From positions 2,777 to 66,776 of the forward strand of contig JAUPSS010000016.1 in NCBI GenBank assembly GCA_040285825.1: DNA of 64,000 bases, given 5' to 3'. Under the pieces are notes generated by a model that was not told the origin of the DNA, made no database searches, and was given only the letters and a program-made list of their open reading frames with translations. Of this stretch, positions 13,301 to 27,400 are shown piece by piece (within the stretch, counting starts at the first letter, position 1; every line of letters begins with the position of its first letter). The position numbers and the translations under genes are program-made. This DNA is from Eukaryota sp. TZLM1-RC. Lineage: Eukaryota; Protista; Metamonada: BaSk clade.

Positions 13301-16300
13301 TGGTAATGGTAAATTGAAGTTTATTGATGCTAATTTTGATGGTTTAACTGAATTTAGTTCAACTAATGGTGATGTGGAGTTTGATTATGATGAAGAGTTG
13401 AACCTAAATGCGGAATTTACTTTTGAAGATTCTACTGTGGATTTTGGGAATGATGAAGTAAGTTTTAGTTTTCAAGAAGTTGAATTTATTGCATCAACAA
13501 GGAAAGGTAATGGTGATCTCTCTGTTGAAAACTTAAGAATTTCTGACACAGATTTTCGAGATGATTCTCGCACATCATGTACGGTTTCTTGTAAAATTTT
13601 CAATGGTGATACTGGGAAAATCAAAGTTAAGGATGGTCATGTGCTTGATTTTGATGGTGATGGAAGTATTGGAGATGTTATAGAACAATTGCTTGAAATT
13701 GATGTTAAATCTGGTTCTTTTATTTTAAACAAAGATACTTCTTTTACAACTGATTCAAATGTGCGAATTGTTGAATCTTCTGATCTCAATTTTCAAATAT
13801 TGGGTACTTTTGACATTAACCAAAAAGGTACTTTGCACATTGATAACGCATTCACTCTTGAAGGAGCTGTCAATGTTAATAGTCAAGGTTCATTACAATT
13901 AGATTCAAGTACTGATGTTGAGGGTAAGTTGAATATATTTGAAAATGGTCATGCTGAATTTAAAGGTGACATATTTACCTTTAAAAAGGATTCAACCCTT
14001 TCAGTTCACCCGGGGACCTTAACTTTAGAAGATCCTATATCATTAGTTATTGAAGGTACTTATGAAGGTGATTATATTGAACATTCAGTTGGCCAATTAA
14101 CATTTGACAAGGGATCTACTGTGGATACTTCCATTTTCAAAGTGACTGGTAATGGTAAATTGAAGTTTATTGATGCTAATTTTGATGGTTTAACTGAATT
14201 CAGTTCAACTAATGGTGATGTGGAGTTTGATTATGATGAAGAGTTGAACCTAAATGCGGAATTTACTTTTGAAGATTCTACTGTGGATTTTGGGAATGAT
14301 GAAGTAAGTTTTAGTTTTCAAGAAGTTGAATTTATTGCATCAACAAGGAAGGGTAATGGTGATCTCTCTGTTGAAAACTTAAAAATTTCCGACACAGATT
14401 TTCAAGATGATTCTCGCACATCATGTACGGTTTCTTGTAAAATTTTCAATGGTGATGCTGGGAAAATCAAAGTTAAGGATGGTCATGTGCTTGATTTTGA
14501 TGGTGATGGAAGTATTGGAGATGTTATAGAGCAATTGCTCGAAATTGATGTTAAATCTGGTTCTTTTATTTTAAACAAAGATACTTCTTTTACAACTGAT
14601 TCAAATGTGCGAATTGTTGAATCTTCTGATCATAATTTTCAAATATTGGGTACTTTTGACATTAACCAAAAAGGTACTTTGCACATTGATAACGCATTCA
14701 CTCTTGAAGGAGCTGTCAATGTTAATAGTCAAGGTTCATTACAATTAGATTCAAGTACTGATGTTGAGGGTAAGTTGAATATATTTGAAAATGGTCATGC
14801 TGAATTTAAAGGTGACATATTTACCTTTAAAAAGGATTCAACCCTTTCAGTTCACCCAGGGACCTTAACTTTAGAAGATCCTATATCATTAGTTATTGAA
14901 GGTACTTATGAAGGTGATTATATTGAACATTCAGTTGGCCAATTAACATTTGACAAGGGATCTACTGTGGATACTTCCATTTTCAAAGTGACTGGTAATG
15001 GTAAATTGAAGTTTATTGATGCTAATTTTGATGGTTTAACTGAATTTAGTTCAACTAATGGTGATGTGGAGTTTGATTATGATGAAGAGTTGAACCTAAA
15101 TGCGGAATTTACTTTTGAAGATTCTACTGTGGATTTTGGGAATGATGAAGTAAGTTTTAGTTTTCAAGAAGTTGAATTTATTGCATCAACAAGGAAAGGT
15201 AATGGTGATCTCTCTGTTGAAAATTTGAGAATTTCCGATACAGTATTTGTTGATGTTGCTGTTACTAGTTGTACTGTATCTTGCACGTTTTCGTCAGGTA
15301 TTCTCAATCAAATTCAACTGTCATCCGGTCACGAGATTGATATATTTCCAACTGTTTCTATTCAAAATGCTGCCACCATGAACTTTTTGCTTAATAATGC
15401 CAATCTTTTCTTTTTTAATAGTGTTACACTTTCAAGTGTGTATTTTTTTGGGCTTTTTGACTCGGAAATCAAATTTACTGATAGCCAATTAAACCATGTT
15501 TCTTTTGTACTACCTACTGATTCCAATAGTCTCGTCATTTTTGAAGACACTTTAATCTGTGATGAATGTAAATTTGAGTGGTCTGTCGAAATTCATGGCA
15601 GTTTCTGCATTAGCAAAGGCTCTTCAAAGTTTTTACATCACGTTATTTTCGATTCAATTGTCACTATCAATCCAGAAGCTTATTTAATTATCAATTCTTT
15701 TGCGATGTTTACTAAAATGTCTGTTATGTCGTATGATCAGGGTCTAATAACCAGTAGTTCTGCAGTAATCACTGTTGCTGGTACTTGGATCATTGAGGGT
15801 GGTATATTTGATGCAAACAATGTCACATTCACTTTTACGGAATCTTCTTCATTTGTTTTTGACTTTATTCATTTACAAGATTCTACAGTCATTTTCTATA
15901 CTTTTATTGAATATTGTTCCTTGTTTCAGTTGAATAATTCGCAAGTTTCTGTTTATGACATTTCGAGCTCTTTTACAATAGAATTTCTTTCCCTTGGTGA
16001 TTCGAATTTTGTAATGGAAAATCTCAATACTAATGTCACTGTGGTTGATGTCTCTATGGAAAATTCTACTCTCTCTCTTGTTAACATTGATGAGTTTTTG
16101 TATATTGAAACGCTCAATACTATTGACAGTGATATTGTGTGCAACAGTGGAAATTTGTGTGTCATAGGAAACTCTTCCAGTCTTGATTCGAATTTTTTTG
16201 AGTATAGTCCTTTCCTTTTTCTGAGTGACGTAGATTTAAACATTGACTTGAATGATGGTAGTACTTGTTGTCCAACCTCTTCATGTTCTATCATGGTGTC

Positions 16301-19300
16301 ATTTGAATTAACCAGTCAGGTTAGTAATTTTTTGGAATTCAGTTTTATGGGTGCTACAGCTGAATGGCCTTTTCCCTGGGTGTCAGATACACATTTTGGC
16401 ATTACCATCATTGATCTTCACAATGTTGAACAAAATTTCGAGTTTTTCTACTTCAGCGTTGGTATTAATACACAGTTTCTATTGATATCATCATCTTTAC
16501 CTATTTGTCCATTGACAATCACAGATGTTTCTAGGCCGATCACCAGCGGTGATTCGGTAACGATTTCAGGGGAAAATTTTGGCATATCTGATTTTTTCAT
16601 CACTATAGACATTCCCACTTTAAATATTTTTGTCAATACCACCGACCATGATCATTATTCGCTAACTTTCAGTGTCGGAGAAGGAGCTGGTTGTCATAAT
16701 TTCACTCTAATTCCACAAAATAGGCCTCATTATTACACTTCATTCTGTTATGGTGTACCCTTCATTGAATATTTTGCACCTCTAAATCTACCTTTTTCTT
16801 CTGATTTTGTTATTAATGGTTATAATTTTGGAGTTATCGACTCCTTTGAAATCGAATTTTCCAATGTCTTGTTTAGTTATGAATTGTTTTCTGTGTCTTA
16901 CAGTTTTGCTATTCTCAATATCAACTATCTTTGCACTTTTGATATTGAATCTGAGGTGGAAATGGTTGTTTTTGCAGGTGGACAATCAAGTAATTCAATC
17001 AAGGTTCCGTTAACAGTTCCCACTTTCAAGATTTTTCCTGATGCACTACCCTTTAGTGGGGGAAGCTTTATAATTGAAGGGTACTCATTTGGTAACTTGT
17101 TCCAGTATGATTGTTTACCTCATGCTGATGTTTCATGTGATGATGCTGACGTCACCTTTGCACCACATCCCAGTCATCCAAATAGACTTGATGTAGATAT
17201 TTCAAACTTGACCAGCAATATTACAACTCTTAATTGTTTTTTGATTCTGTCTCCTTTTATTAATTCTTCCTTCTCTGTAAGTATTGCAACAATTGGAGTC
17301 GCGCCGATGGATGGTATTTGTTTTGTTGAAACTAAATGTAAAATCACCGTATTTGGGGATGTAGATTTTTCCAGTCTTGTTCCTCAGGTATATGGGTTGG
17401 AACTATTAAATTATCAAGCAAACATTGGGCAAGGAGTTATAGACATACTTCCATTTCTCTCTAGTCCTACCTTAGAACTATGTTCTCGTTATGTTTGTTT
17501 TCCTGTGTCAAGGTTTCCGGCAATGGCAACAGTTATATCATTTGCACCTAAAGCTGTTCCTTTTTCTGCATCTGGGGAAACTATTTGTTTGGAAATGATG
17601 GTATCTAATTCAGGCTTTTATAGTTCTTTTACCAATGCATTTTCCTTTTCTGATTTTGATTTAACTGTTACTGCTTCGTACTCTGATGTGCTTAATGTAT
17701 GCTTTGTGCCGACCTCAGTTGGCATTTTTCCCTTAAACATTCACAGTCTTTATAGTACTAAACAGACGGATCTCTATTTGGAAGTTTTTGACCCTTTTAG
17801 TTTACCAACACTACTAACTGGTGGAAAGAGTCACATTTTCTTTCCTGCCCCTTTTGGTTTGACCTTGCGTATGGGGTCGTTGTTCTATGATATTAATCCT
17901 GGATACAACACAATTGATTTGGAATACATTAAACAATGTCCCACTGTAGTTGAAGTAATTGATGGTTCCTCTTCACGATTTTTGATTGCTGATTGTTTTG
18001 AGTCAGTTACTATTTCTCCTCAAGAACTTCTTGTTGCTCATCCATCTTTTTTTGATATTTCCTTACCCACAACAGATGCAAAAATTGATGTCGACTGTTT
18101 ATCTGATGATTGTGAAATTTTGAGTTTAATTAGAGAACAATCTACTCTGCGTCTTTATTTAAATATTCTCATTCCTGGACGTTTTGCTCTAGAGCTGACC
18201 ATTGCTGAATACGAACATTTTTCCAAGAAACAGTTTGAATTAATTGCGTTTGAAGTACCACAATTTATTATCCTTTCACCAACCGAATTTTTTCTTTATC
18301 AAAATGCATCAATCAAGCTTATTGTTGAAAGTAGTATTAGTTCACTCTCGTTTTATTGGAATTCTACTGAAGATACTGCAAATTGTAGGGAGGAATCATT
18401 TGGCTTATTTACAATCAAGTTTATTTATTTACCTCACCTTTTGTTTCAAGAGTCGACTGCTCTTGAACTTTTGTGGGGCAATGCTCATTTTGATTACCAT
18501 TCCGTAGTCACTTTTAATGTCTATCAGACCAATATTACATCTTTAGGCGATAGTTTGATCTCTATTAGTACTAGAAACTATTGTATGCATATTTCTTTTT
18601 ATCTGCCAAACTTTAGTTTAAACTGCTTAATTGATCAGATGTTGTATAGTGCAATTATAGACGGTGATACGCTCTGTTGTCTAGAAGCTCGTAGTGTACA
18701 AGTGACACCAATGAATACAGTTTTACTGGTTGATAATTTTGGAAATATTTTAGATTCATTGGACACACCAGTAGAACCTATATTTACTGAGGATTGTTTT
18801 GTACAGAATTCGTTTTCAAGTATTGTTCTTAGCAGTTCCAATTTTGTTATTGATAAAGTTAGTGATAATGTTGAAGTAATTTCTGATGGATTTCGATGTT
18901 GTCGTTCAATCTTGAAAGAATGCTCGTTACTTTTGCCTTTAAGATCTAATTTTTCCATCAATTTTGACAATGGTATAGACCTCAGATCTGTTACAATTAC
19001 AATCGATTCTGACTGTGAGTCCACTAGTGGTTCTTTTCCTTTAGACTTTGTTTATCTTGATGCCTCCTGGAACTGCCATTCAATACCTAACGGGTTTCGA
19101 TACGCTTTACAATGTACAAGTATTTTTTCTTCTACTATTGTTGATTCCATTTCATTATTCTCTGATTCTAAAGTCTATATTCTTGAGGTTGAGGTGAATG
19201 GATTTGATCCTTTCACGTGCCATGAGATAGTTGATTTTGAATCTGGCTTGACTTCATTAGGGAACGTCATACCAATAGATACAGTTGTTGTATATGAAAA

Positions 19301-21209
19301 TTCTGTGTTTTTCACTGTTGAAAATTTGTTATACGAATACTCTAATAATTCAAATGTTTTTCTTCCATCTTTAAGTTTTGATCTGGAGCTTTATTCGTCA
19401 AGCTGTCTAATTTCTACTAGTGATTATGCTTTTGATTACTTTCCAGCAGATCCAAGATCACTGATATTTCTCTCACAAAAGGTCATTTTGGAACCAAGTC
19501 CTGTACTAGTAGATGTTGAGTGCCGAGATGGTTTTGGATATGTCACCAATTGTGTCAGTGCTAGCATTGATTTTGTTGAAAAAAGTCTTGAACTTGATTT
19601 GCTATGGTGTGATGTTGGAACCTGTGCTTTGTCTTTGTCCACTGACTATTCATTTGCTGATCTTAAACTAGGAGATCATCTTGTTACTTACACAACAGCT
19701 AACAATGATTGTGTGAATGAGTGGCGATTTTCATTGGAGCAAGAACCTTATCAATATTTGACTAGCAAATTAATTGATGTTGTACCATGCCAAACCACAG
19801 TTACCAGTTCCCATGCATGCTCCTTGGTTTCAATTGAATTTTATCTAAATGATGTTCTTCCAACATCCACACAATCATTTTTGATTGGATTTTCTCTCGA
19901 TAATTTTGTCATTAGATTCTCTTATGTGAATGGTCAAATATTATTTGATCTTTTACAAGGGATGAGGATTTTTTCACCCCCACGAATGTTGGTTAGATTA
20001 GATATTGAATACAATGGCTTGATTACCACAGTTGAGTTCACTGCTGCAGATTGCGTTTATCCTACAGTATTTTGGAATAACCAATGTGTTTGTTCCCCTG
20101 GTTATGAGTTGAATTCTGCCCAAACTTGTTCATTGTGTCCCTTAAATACATATGCCAATCATCGTACAGATCACCGATGTATTGAGTGTCCATTCAACAG
20201 AATTACTTTTCACAAAGGATCTAGTGGTATTGAGGATTGTGAGTGTATGAAGAACTTCTTACTAGTTGATGATTCATGTGTACGCTGTCCAAACAGAGTT
20301 ACTTGCCGTTTCGGGAACATAAGTTCTTATGATGATGGCTATTTGTTTGGGTCGATATTTGAACCAACAAATTGTATCATTCGTCATTTGTGTAAGAACA
20401 ATACTTGTTTGGCTGGACATTATGGTAGTCATTGCTTAGATTGTATTGATGGTTACCACTCTTTTGGTGTACTTTGTTTACAACGTTCTTTTGGCAATTT
20501 TGTTATTTCATTTGCATTTGCAACTATTTTCTTTGTCCTATTGACATTAAGTGCTTTTTTTTATGAAAAGGTACAAAAATTTAATGATGCTAAACAGAGT
20601 GCTTTAAAGCAATCGTTAAGACAGTATACACCAAGTGAGCTAAAATTTGTCCTTAAACAAAAATCGTTTTCTTTTCTGCTTTTTTTGTTGTGTGTTTCAG
20701 AATTATTTTTTCATGGGATATCAATGAATCAGTCCTTTATTTTTGGTTATTTGGTCTTTCCATTTCCGCGTTTGTTCCATTGGACTTTGGTGTTTGGTAT
20801 ATGGTTTTTTGTTTACATCGCTTCATTTCATTTCATTTATAGCAAGTTTTTCAATGAATTCCCACGATTCGAAGTTTGTACAGTGTTTCTGTTGTTTTTT
20901 TCTAGTTTGACTCTTGTAGAACTTGTTAATTTCAACTTTTTTGAAGTTGGTCTTGTTGTTGTTATTAATTCAACCGTATTCGTATGGGTTCTCAATAAGG
21001 TGCCACAACATGGTTTTGAATTTTTTGTTTTCATTGTGGTTTTTGTCAGTAGTTTGTTTGTTCCTATTATACTATATAAGTGTATTTTAATTGTTGTTCT
21101 TTTGTTAACAGGGATTTTCAGTGCTAAATTTGACAGATTTCTCTGTTTTGGGACCAGTATATTTTTGGTGGTTAAACTAACAGTATCTACATTAACTACC
21201 TTTTCTTAG
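4384..21209 (+). CDS. Giant (~5,600 aa) cell-surface protein: signal peptide, LamG-like region, 10 x 282-aa acidic beta-rich repeats, IPT/TIG-like domains, Cys-rich TNFR/GCC2-GCC3-like modules, multi-pass TM C-terminus
   Basis: ORFs 4384-7827, 7809-10886, 10883-12907 and 12915-21209 join after removing five single extra T's in T-runs, identified by comparing repeat units (16826-5=16821 nt, in frame); hydrophobic N-terminus MMIHLTLLLSFCLTTYS; F.GKIREFRVYSR; VTISGENFG/VINGYNFG; CVCSPGYE..CSLCPLNTY; several TM helices. Confidence 0.8.
6725..15240 (+). repeat. Intragenic tandem array of ten ~846-bp near-identical units plus a partial unit
   Basis: Unit start caagga at 6725, 7571, 8419, 9265, 10111, 10959, 11805, 12651, 13498, 14344, 15190. 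Confidence 0.97.
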
Positions 21210-21379
21210 TTTTCTTGCTTTTGGCGAAAATAATTGAATTTAATTTGATTTTATTGTTTTTAATTTTTAAATTAATTAAGTTGTGGTGAATTATTTGAAT
21301 TTATTGAAGACCTGATTAATATTGTTTATATTTCTTCTGATTTAAACTCAATTGCAGTAGTCGATTTTAATGGTAGTTT

Positions 21380-21720
21380 GTTCTGCTTGCACCTTGGAGT
21401 ATGTTACTACTGAGAAGGACACTGATGATTAATATATTGATATTCCATTATTAAAGAAATTGATAATTCATAGTAATGTTCCTATCAATATCAGTGAACA
21501 AGTCTTTCCTTATTTGAAATAGTTCAATCTGAAAAAAACCTGGTGAACACAATCTGACAGAATCGTGTCCTCTTTAATGCTTCTTCATCATGGTTTAATT
21601 ACGTTTTTCTTACCTAATTGAGGATCAATATTTAGTTGAATTATCTTGTTTTCTATGGTGGATTCAGTATTCAGCTGAAAGGTATTTGATGGAAATTTTC
21701 CGTGAGCATGCAGAATGAAA
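21380..21720 (+). pseudogene. 3' remnant of an RCC1-LRR family paralog
   Basis: tggtggattcagtattcagctgaaaggtatttgatgga is identical to the 3' end of the 34531-36792 gene. Confidence 0.7.
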
Positions 21721-23119
21721 TAAACTCTCATAGAATTAATTTTATTTTCCAACTATTTTTCACATATATGCTAATAATAATAGTTTAGGTTGAGCCTATT
21801 ATAGTAGATAATTGGAATAATGATGTGACAGTTACCGCCATGTACTTTTGACTTCTAGTCGATTTTCTCCTTCTTTTATTCAAACAGCTAATTTTTTGTG
21901 TTCAACAGTATACAATTCACATTCCGTGTTTGTTAAAAGTTTCAGAATTAAGTTTTTTCGTTTCAAGTTCTTTGGCCTAAAGATTTTGGCACTAATACCA
22001 ATTCTATCATTATACAACTACTATGTCAAGTCTTTTTTCTGAATATCAACTTTTTAACCGCACAGTTACTCTCTTTGATGCTTTTCAACCAGTAAATAAA
22101 CTAGTGGAAGTCATTGAATTTGAATTTGAAGCAGTAGTTCCGCAACATTACAACCTGATGGATTGTCCAGTTCAAGCTTTGCATATTGACAAAAACTCAC
22201 TAATTTTAAAAATAAATTTAAATGGTTATGGTGGTATTCGTTTAAGTAGGCTTCTTCAGTAGAAATATTGTGCAAACGAAATTCAAGGACTTCTAAAAAC
22301 ATTGTTTGAAGTTCATCATTCATTCCTTCTGCATTTTAAGATTTTCTACAACTTGCTGGGGTATGGTACATTCCAAATATCGCCAAAGCTGTATTGATTA
22401 ATACTGGAAGAGGGCAGTTGTTGAAAGAAAACGGGGGACTTGCCCTCTTGAACGGACGTGATATCACGACAAAGACCCACCACCACTAGAAAGCTCACAG
22501 TTTATGAACTGAAAGCAACTGGTTAAAAATGCAGCAAATCGTGGAAAAAGCTTTAAATTACAATCCACAGCTGATTTGGGAAGGAAAAACAACAAGAATT
22601 GTTGGAAATACTATCCATGCAGTAGAATTTTCCGAATTTTTCTTCGAGAGAATATCCAAAAAATATGAAAGCCTGCCCTTACTCGCAGAATTGTGACACA
22701 ATTGAGCAATATTAAATTTGTATCGTGATAAACCTTTTTAGATAAAAATAGGCAACAGATGTTGAACAAGGCGATATGAATTATGAGGCTAGTCAACAAG
22801 CTTGGATGACATGGGACCATCATTATACTCATAAGTTTAAATTGACGTATTGATTTTGAATTAATTCCAGCACGTTCTCTGCATCTCTATGGCTATTAAT
22901 GTACCATTCAAAACAAACCATTGAGCAAATGCTTTAAAAAATATTGTACCAGCAGTGTTGCTGAACAATTAAGTAACGGTGTTCTTGATTATCACGTTGA
23001 ATTGATTTTACGTGTTACAACCCTGAAACCAAAAGTATGGCACTGAATTATGGAAGCTTTTTAATATTGGAAACAATGAGATGAGATATTACATCAAGAT
23101 GTGGGAAGGTGCATAAGAA

Positions 23120-23715
23120 CATTGTTGATTGCTTCCTTTTGGAGTAAAACTTTATTAATAGTGGCAAAGCTGTTTGATACTGAAGATGATTTTCATAAAA
23201 ATAATAGAGGTGATGTCATATTACCTGGATTAGATGGAACCTTCATTATATTGGATGTAAAGACTGTTGATCCTTGTAATGCCTCAAATGAAAGGCTAGT
23301 TAATTCTGAAATTCATAATCCATTTTCATATGCTGAAAATTTCAAAATCAAAAAATACAATGAACCATTGTCCAAATTGTCCAGACAACAGCATGCAAAA
23401 TACAATTTGTATCCATTTGTATTTTCTCTTTTTGGTTCTCTTGCTTTCAACGGCTATACGTTTTTGAGCAGATTTTGAAATGATTGTAAAGAGAAAAACT
23501 AACAGAAATTTCAACAGATAGTTTTGGCAAAATAGAATTGTTTTTTTTTTCTATTTTTAAGGGGATGTTAAAAAATGGTTTCTGATGCTTTGCTTTCTCT
23601 TGGATCTCATTATGAGAGAGTTGCATCTAATGTTTTTGTTTTGGGAGTGATGGATTATTTAGACGTTGATTTATAGGTTTTTAATAAAACTGATAAAAAA
23701 AGAATAAAAAAACTT
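23120..23715 (+). mobile_element. 5'-truncated RLE non-LTR retrotransposon fragment with A-rich tail
   Basis: RGDVILPGLDG..ILDVKTVDPC...KIKKY...PFVFSLFG, then WQNRI; A-rich end. Confidence 0.8.
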
Positions 23716-23990
23716 TCCCATATTTTAAACTGCAAACATTTTATAACTTATCACTCAATTGTTCATGATTCAGTTCGTGATCGATTGTATGCTTATGTGT
23801 GATAGTTTCAATATTGAGGCTTTTATTGAACCTTTAGTACGTAAGCTATCTCCAGATCAAACTGACGACCTTTTTGGTAAAAGAAAGGGCAGATGCAGTA
23901 GTTCCTGGGTTCGATGGTGTTCTCAACGTTGTGAAAGTTGTCTCAGTCGATGTCTGCAAAAATTCTGCTGCTCGAGTGGCATTCAACAGA
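23716..23990 (+). mobile_element. RLE non-LTR retrotransposon fragment (same subfamily as 63080-64000)
   Basis: LNCKHF..HSIVHDSVRD..EAFIEPLVRKLSPDQTDD; close nucleotide match to the reverse complement of 63430-63670. Confidence 0.75.
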
Positions 23991-24309
23991 AATCATTGTG
24001 CAATTTGCCTTTGGATGTGACTGAGTTTAGACCTGGTTCCAATAACAAAAATTACTGATGAAACAACACGGAAGACAGTCTTGATTTGTGAGTAAACAAC
24101 ACCGATGAAACAATATTCACATAGTAGACAAACATTAAAAGTACGAATTATCAGAGTCTTGAATTGATTAATGTGCAAATTCAGATTTTTTGATTGAATC
24201 ATTTCCCGTATGAAGTTTCAGTGAAAGGAATAGTTGCTAACGGTTGCTTTTCATTGATGAAAAGTTTACTCCTTCCAAAGTGTAAAATGAAAACCATCTG
24301 TAAAGAATT

Positions 24310-24388
24310 TGTTGGCGCCCTAAGGCTTATATAATATGAAGAAAAAATAAATCAGACTTTTCTTTACTACAATAGACTTTAGGCAACA
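24310..24388 (+). repeat. 5' LTR (79 bp)
   Basis: tgttggcgccc...ggcaaca, direct repeat of 31293-31371. Confidence 0.95.
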
Positions 24389-24465
24389 ATAATTATTGGC
24401 CATATTAAAGTCGAAAGGTATACCATAACTTCAGCATTAGTAAACATCCCCAGACACTTTACAGC

Positions 24466-27400
24466 ATGTCAGACATCTTCCAACAAGATATCTCTGATTC
24501 TAATCCCCCACTTAATATGCAGCAGGTACCAGCGACACATATACATGATATAGAGGGTAACGAGGCAACGGACCCGGATCCCACCTCCCCCTCCCTTAAA
24601 TTAGAAGAAGATGAAAGAGTGGACGAGGTCCCTCCATCTTCAGCAACAGAAGAGGTAACGAGAACGGACCCGGCTCCCTCTTCCCCCAAAGCAATGGATG
24701 AGGTTACGAGAACGGACCCAGCTCCCTCTCCCCTCCCAATTCTAGAACCTGTCTCAAAGGGAACGGATGGAAATCCCACCTTAGACACGTCTTCCCCATT
24801 AGGAGAATATGAAGAAATTCAATCTCAACTGGATGAAATGGAGGGAGAAGACGACTCTTCCGAGGGGTTCTAAAGTTATTAAGAGAGGATGCGGAGGCTT
24901 ACCTCGAACCAACAGATTTCTGTCTGTTCGAGCAGCCTCCCCCTTTATAGAGTTACATTCAAAAAAGAGGCAGAAACGTTGGTTTCCAGACCCTCGGAAT
25001 GATTGGGGATACCCAAAAAGTATTGGAAATTCCCCTCAATGAAAGGAATGAACTCATAAAGGCACTTGATAAACTGAGTAGAGAGATACTCGGGCCTAAC
25101 GCAGAGCGCCGCCCCAGAATCTCTGGAATGGACAAGAGAATCAATGAAATGATGTCTCTTCCCATCAAAGATAGATTGGATTGGAAGGCCTCCTTCCTAG
25201 ATCAACACGGCAGGAAAATAAGGTATCTCTCCATCGAACAGAGAAGTAGGACCGACTCGGAAGACATCCTACAATCCAAATTGCCTGCCTGGTTTGATCC
25301 TAACTTTGATACGGAAATCCATAATTACACGGAGCTGACAGAGGGTGCTCCCACATATTTTAGGGAATTTATGGAGCAGGAGGATAGTAGTGAACAAGAC
25401 AAGCTTGAACCAGTAACACCCTGGTTTGATGCAGACGCTTTAAATAACATTCATACGGAACGATCAGCTGTATTCACGTATAGGAGCCGTCCTAACAACT
25501 ACATCCAACAACATGGTAACTCGTTCCCGAAACAACGAGAGTTTAGACAATGGGTAACGGGAGATCCATGCACATCTCTCCACCTTCCCAAACTGCCTGT
25601 TGTAGCCCCTATAATTTCTGAAAAAAGCCAACCAATACAAGTCTGCTCTATTGACAGCATACCCGAACACGTTCCAACAGTGAACGTCCCGGAACCTGTA
25701 ACTAGACAAAACGTTGCTCCTCAGGAAGAACCAACTTCCTCCCAACCTATGGAATGTGAAATCGGAGAAAACATAGAGTTGAACGGGCCAGTCGTTGGAG
25801 AAACGGCTCCTCCTCAACCCTCAGTAAGAAACTCTTCTTCCGACAGATCTATGCGTATCGAGGACCTACAATCCTCAAGAAGAGCTATTGACATGAGCAT
25901 AGCTAGTAGCCTTCATAGACAGATTGATCCACGGTCTAAGGATATCGACTATAAAAGAACTCGATTATCCGCTGATGACCCTATCAACAAAATGTCTATC
26001 ATAGCTTTTCTTTTAAAATATCAAACTTGGGATAAATACGGGCGAAAGATAGCTAATAGAAGCTTTGAAGCCGCAGGTCAATCAGATTGGACCAGAGCTT
26101 TTATGATAGCTACCCAGCTATTTGGAGAAGGCCAAGCAGAAATAACCCAAGATAGGATTAAAGATCTCCCCAAACATATACGCGACGAGATCACCAGGGA
26201 TACAACACAGCCTCTGGTAAGGATTGACCCAGCTATAACAGATAAGCTCGGACCCCCAATCCACCATTATGATTTATTTAGGAGCATGATGATGAGCACT
26301 TGCCCTACAGGAATATCCAGCATGATTGACCTAGCCTTCTATCCAGATGGCAGAGTCAAGGTTTACTCGGTATTGACTATACCGACGCCGACGTCATGGT
26401 ATTTCTGTTAAAAAGAACACAATTCACATCATATCATGAGGCTTGTACAGCTCTAATGAAGCCTAGAATAAACTGGAGAAAAATTACAATAGGCATGAGG
26501 CTGACAACGAGTTTGGTCGTTATGTAGAAGATTTTGGAGACGTCTTGAGAATGACCACCTACATGACCGACCTAACCATCCCCGATTTAATTAGAGGAAG
26601 CAGTGGGTTGATAACCATATCTCCCGCTCTAATAGCCGAGTACTTTCTTATGGGTTTGGACAATTGCTATATCGAGCGAACTCCTCCCAGTATGGACTAG
26701 GGAATCCTTGTGGGACTCACCGAACAGAACAACTCTACTCGATTTGATATCGACAACGAGAAGACATTTCCTCGCTTGGTGTTACACAGCAGGAAACAAG
26801 CCCACAATGGATGTACTAAGGAACAGGGCTAACGAAGAAGATATTCCTTTGGGACTGACGGCGATGAGAACTTACTCAAGAGGAGTAACACCATCAGCCC
26901 AGGCTCCATCAAAACGAGCAAGACGATCAGGTGGAAAGTCAAGAGGAACCCCTCAACACAAATGCATCCCTGAAAAGCATGAACGAGAAGGGTCAAAATT
27001 CTGTACATTCTGCGGCAACGTCGAAGGTAACAATCCTGTTGGCCACACTGTATTCGAATGCAAAGACCCTCGTTGTGCTAGAAGCAGAGTTCCCAAAGAA
27101 GAAAGATTCAGATTAGGAGAACAGGAGGCGCCTGCTATTAGAGGCAGTGTCGAAAAGGGCCGAGGTGGCCGTGCTAGACGTGTACATAGATTCAAATTTA
27201 GAGGCCGTGGAGGCCGTTTTAGAGGTCATAAAGGAAGAGGTTAGTACAGACCTATTTATAACATCAACACTACAGAGGATATATCATCAAACGCATCCCC
27301 TACTGAGTCAAAACCGACCCGTTCGAGTACGGTTCCTCACAGACGGATCAACAACAGCAACCGGAACAGCAGGACAGGCAACTTACCTAATCGGGTACAC

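Noticed and set aside
6725-15240. CRISPR-like or diversity-generating array
   Set aside because: Units are contiguous coding repeats with no spacers and no adenine-specific variable/template pair
15362-21034. Numerous short antisense or alternate-frame ORFs inside long genes (also within pol, nagB, RCC1-LRR and TFIIE)
   Set aside because: Shadows of the real coding frame, with no motifs
22023-23100. Possible MULE remnant (IDFE.., LLMYHSKQ)
   Set aside because: Too decayed; motifs are short and in different frames
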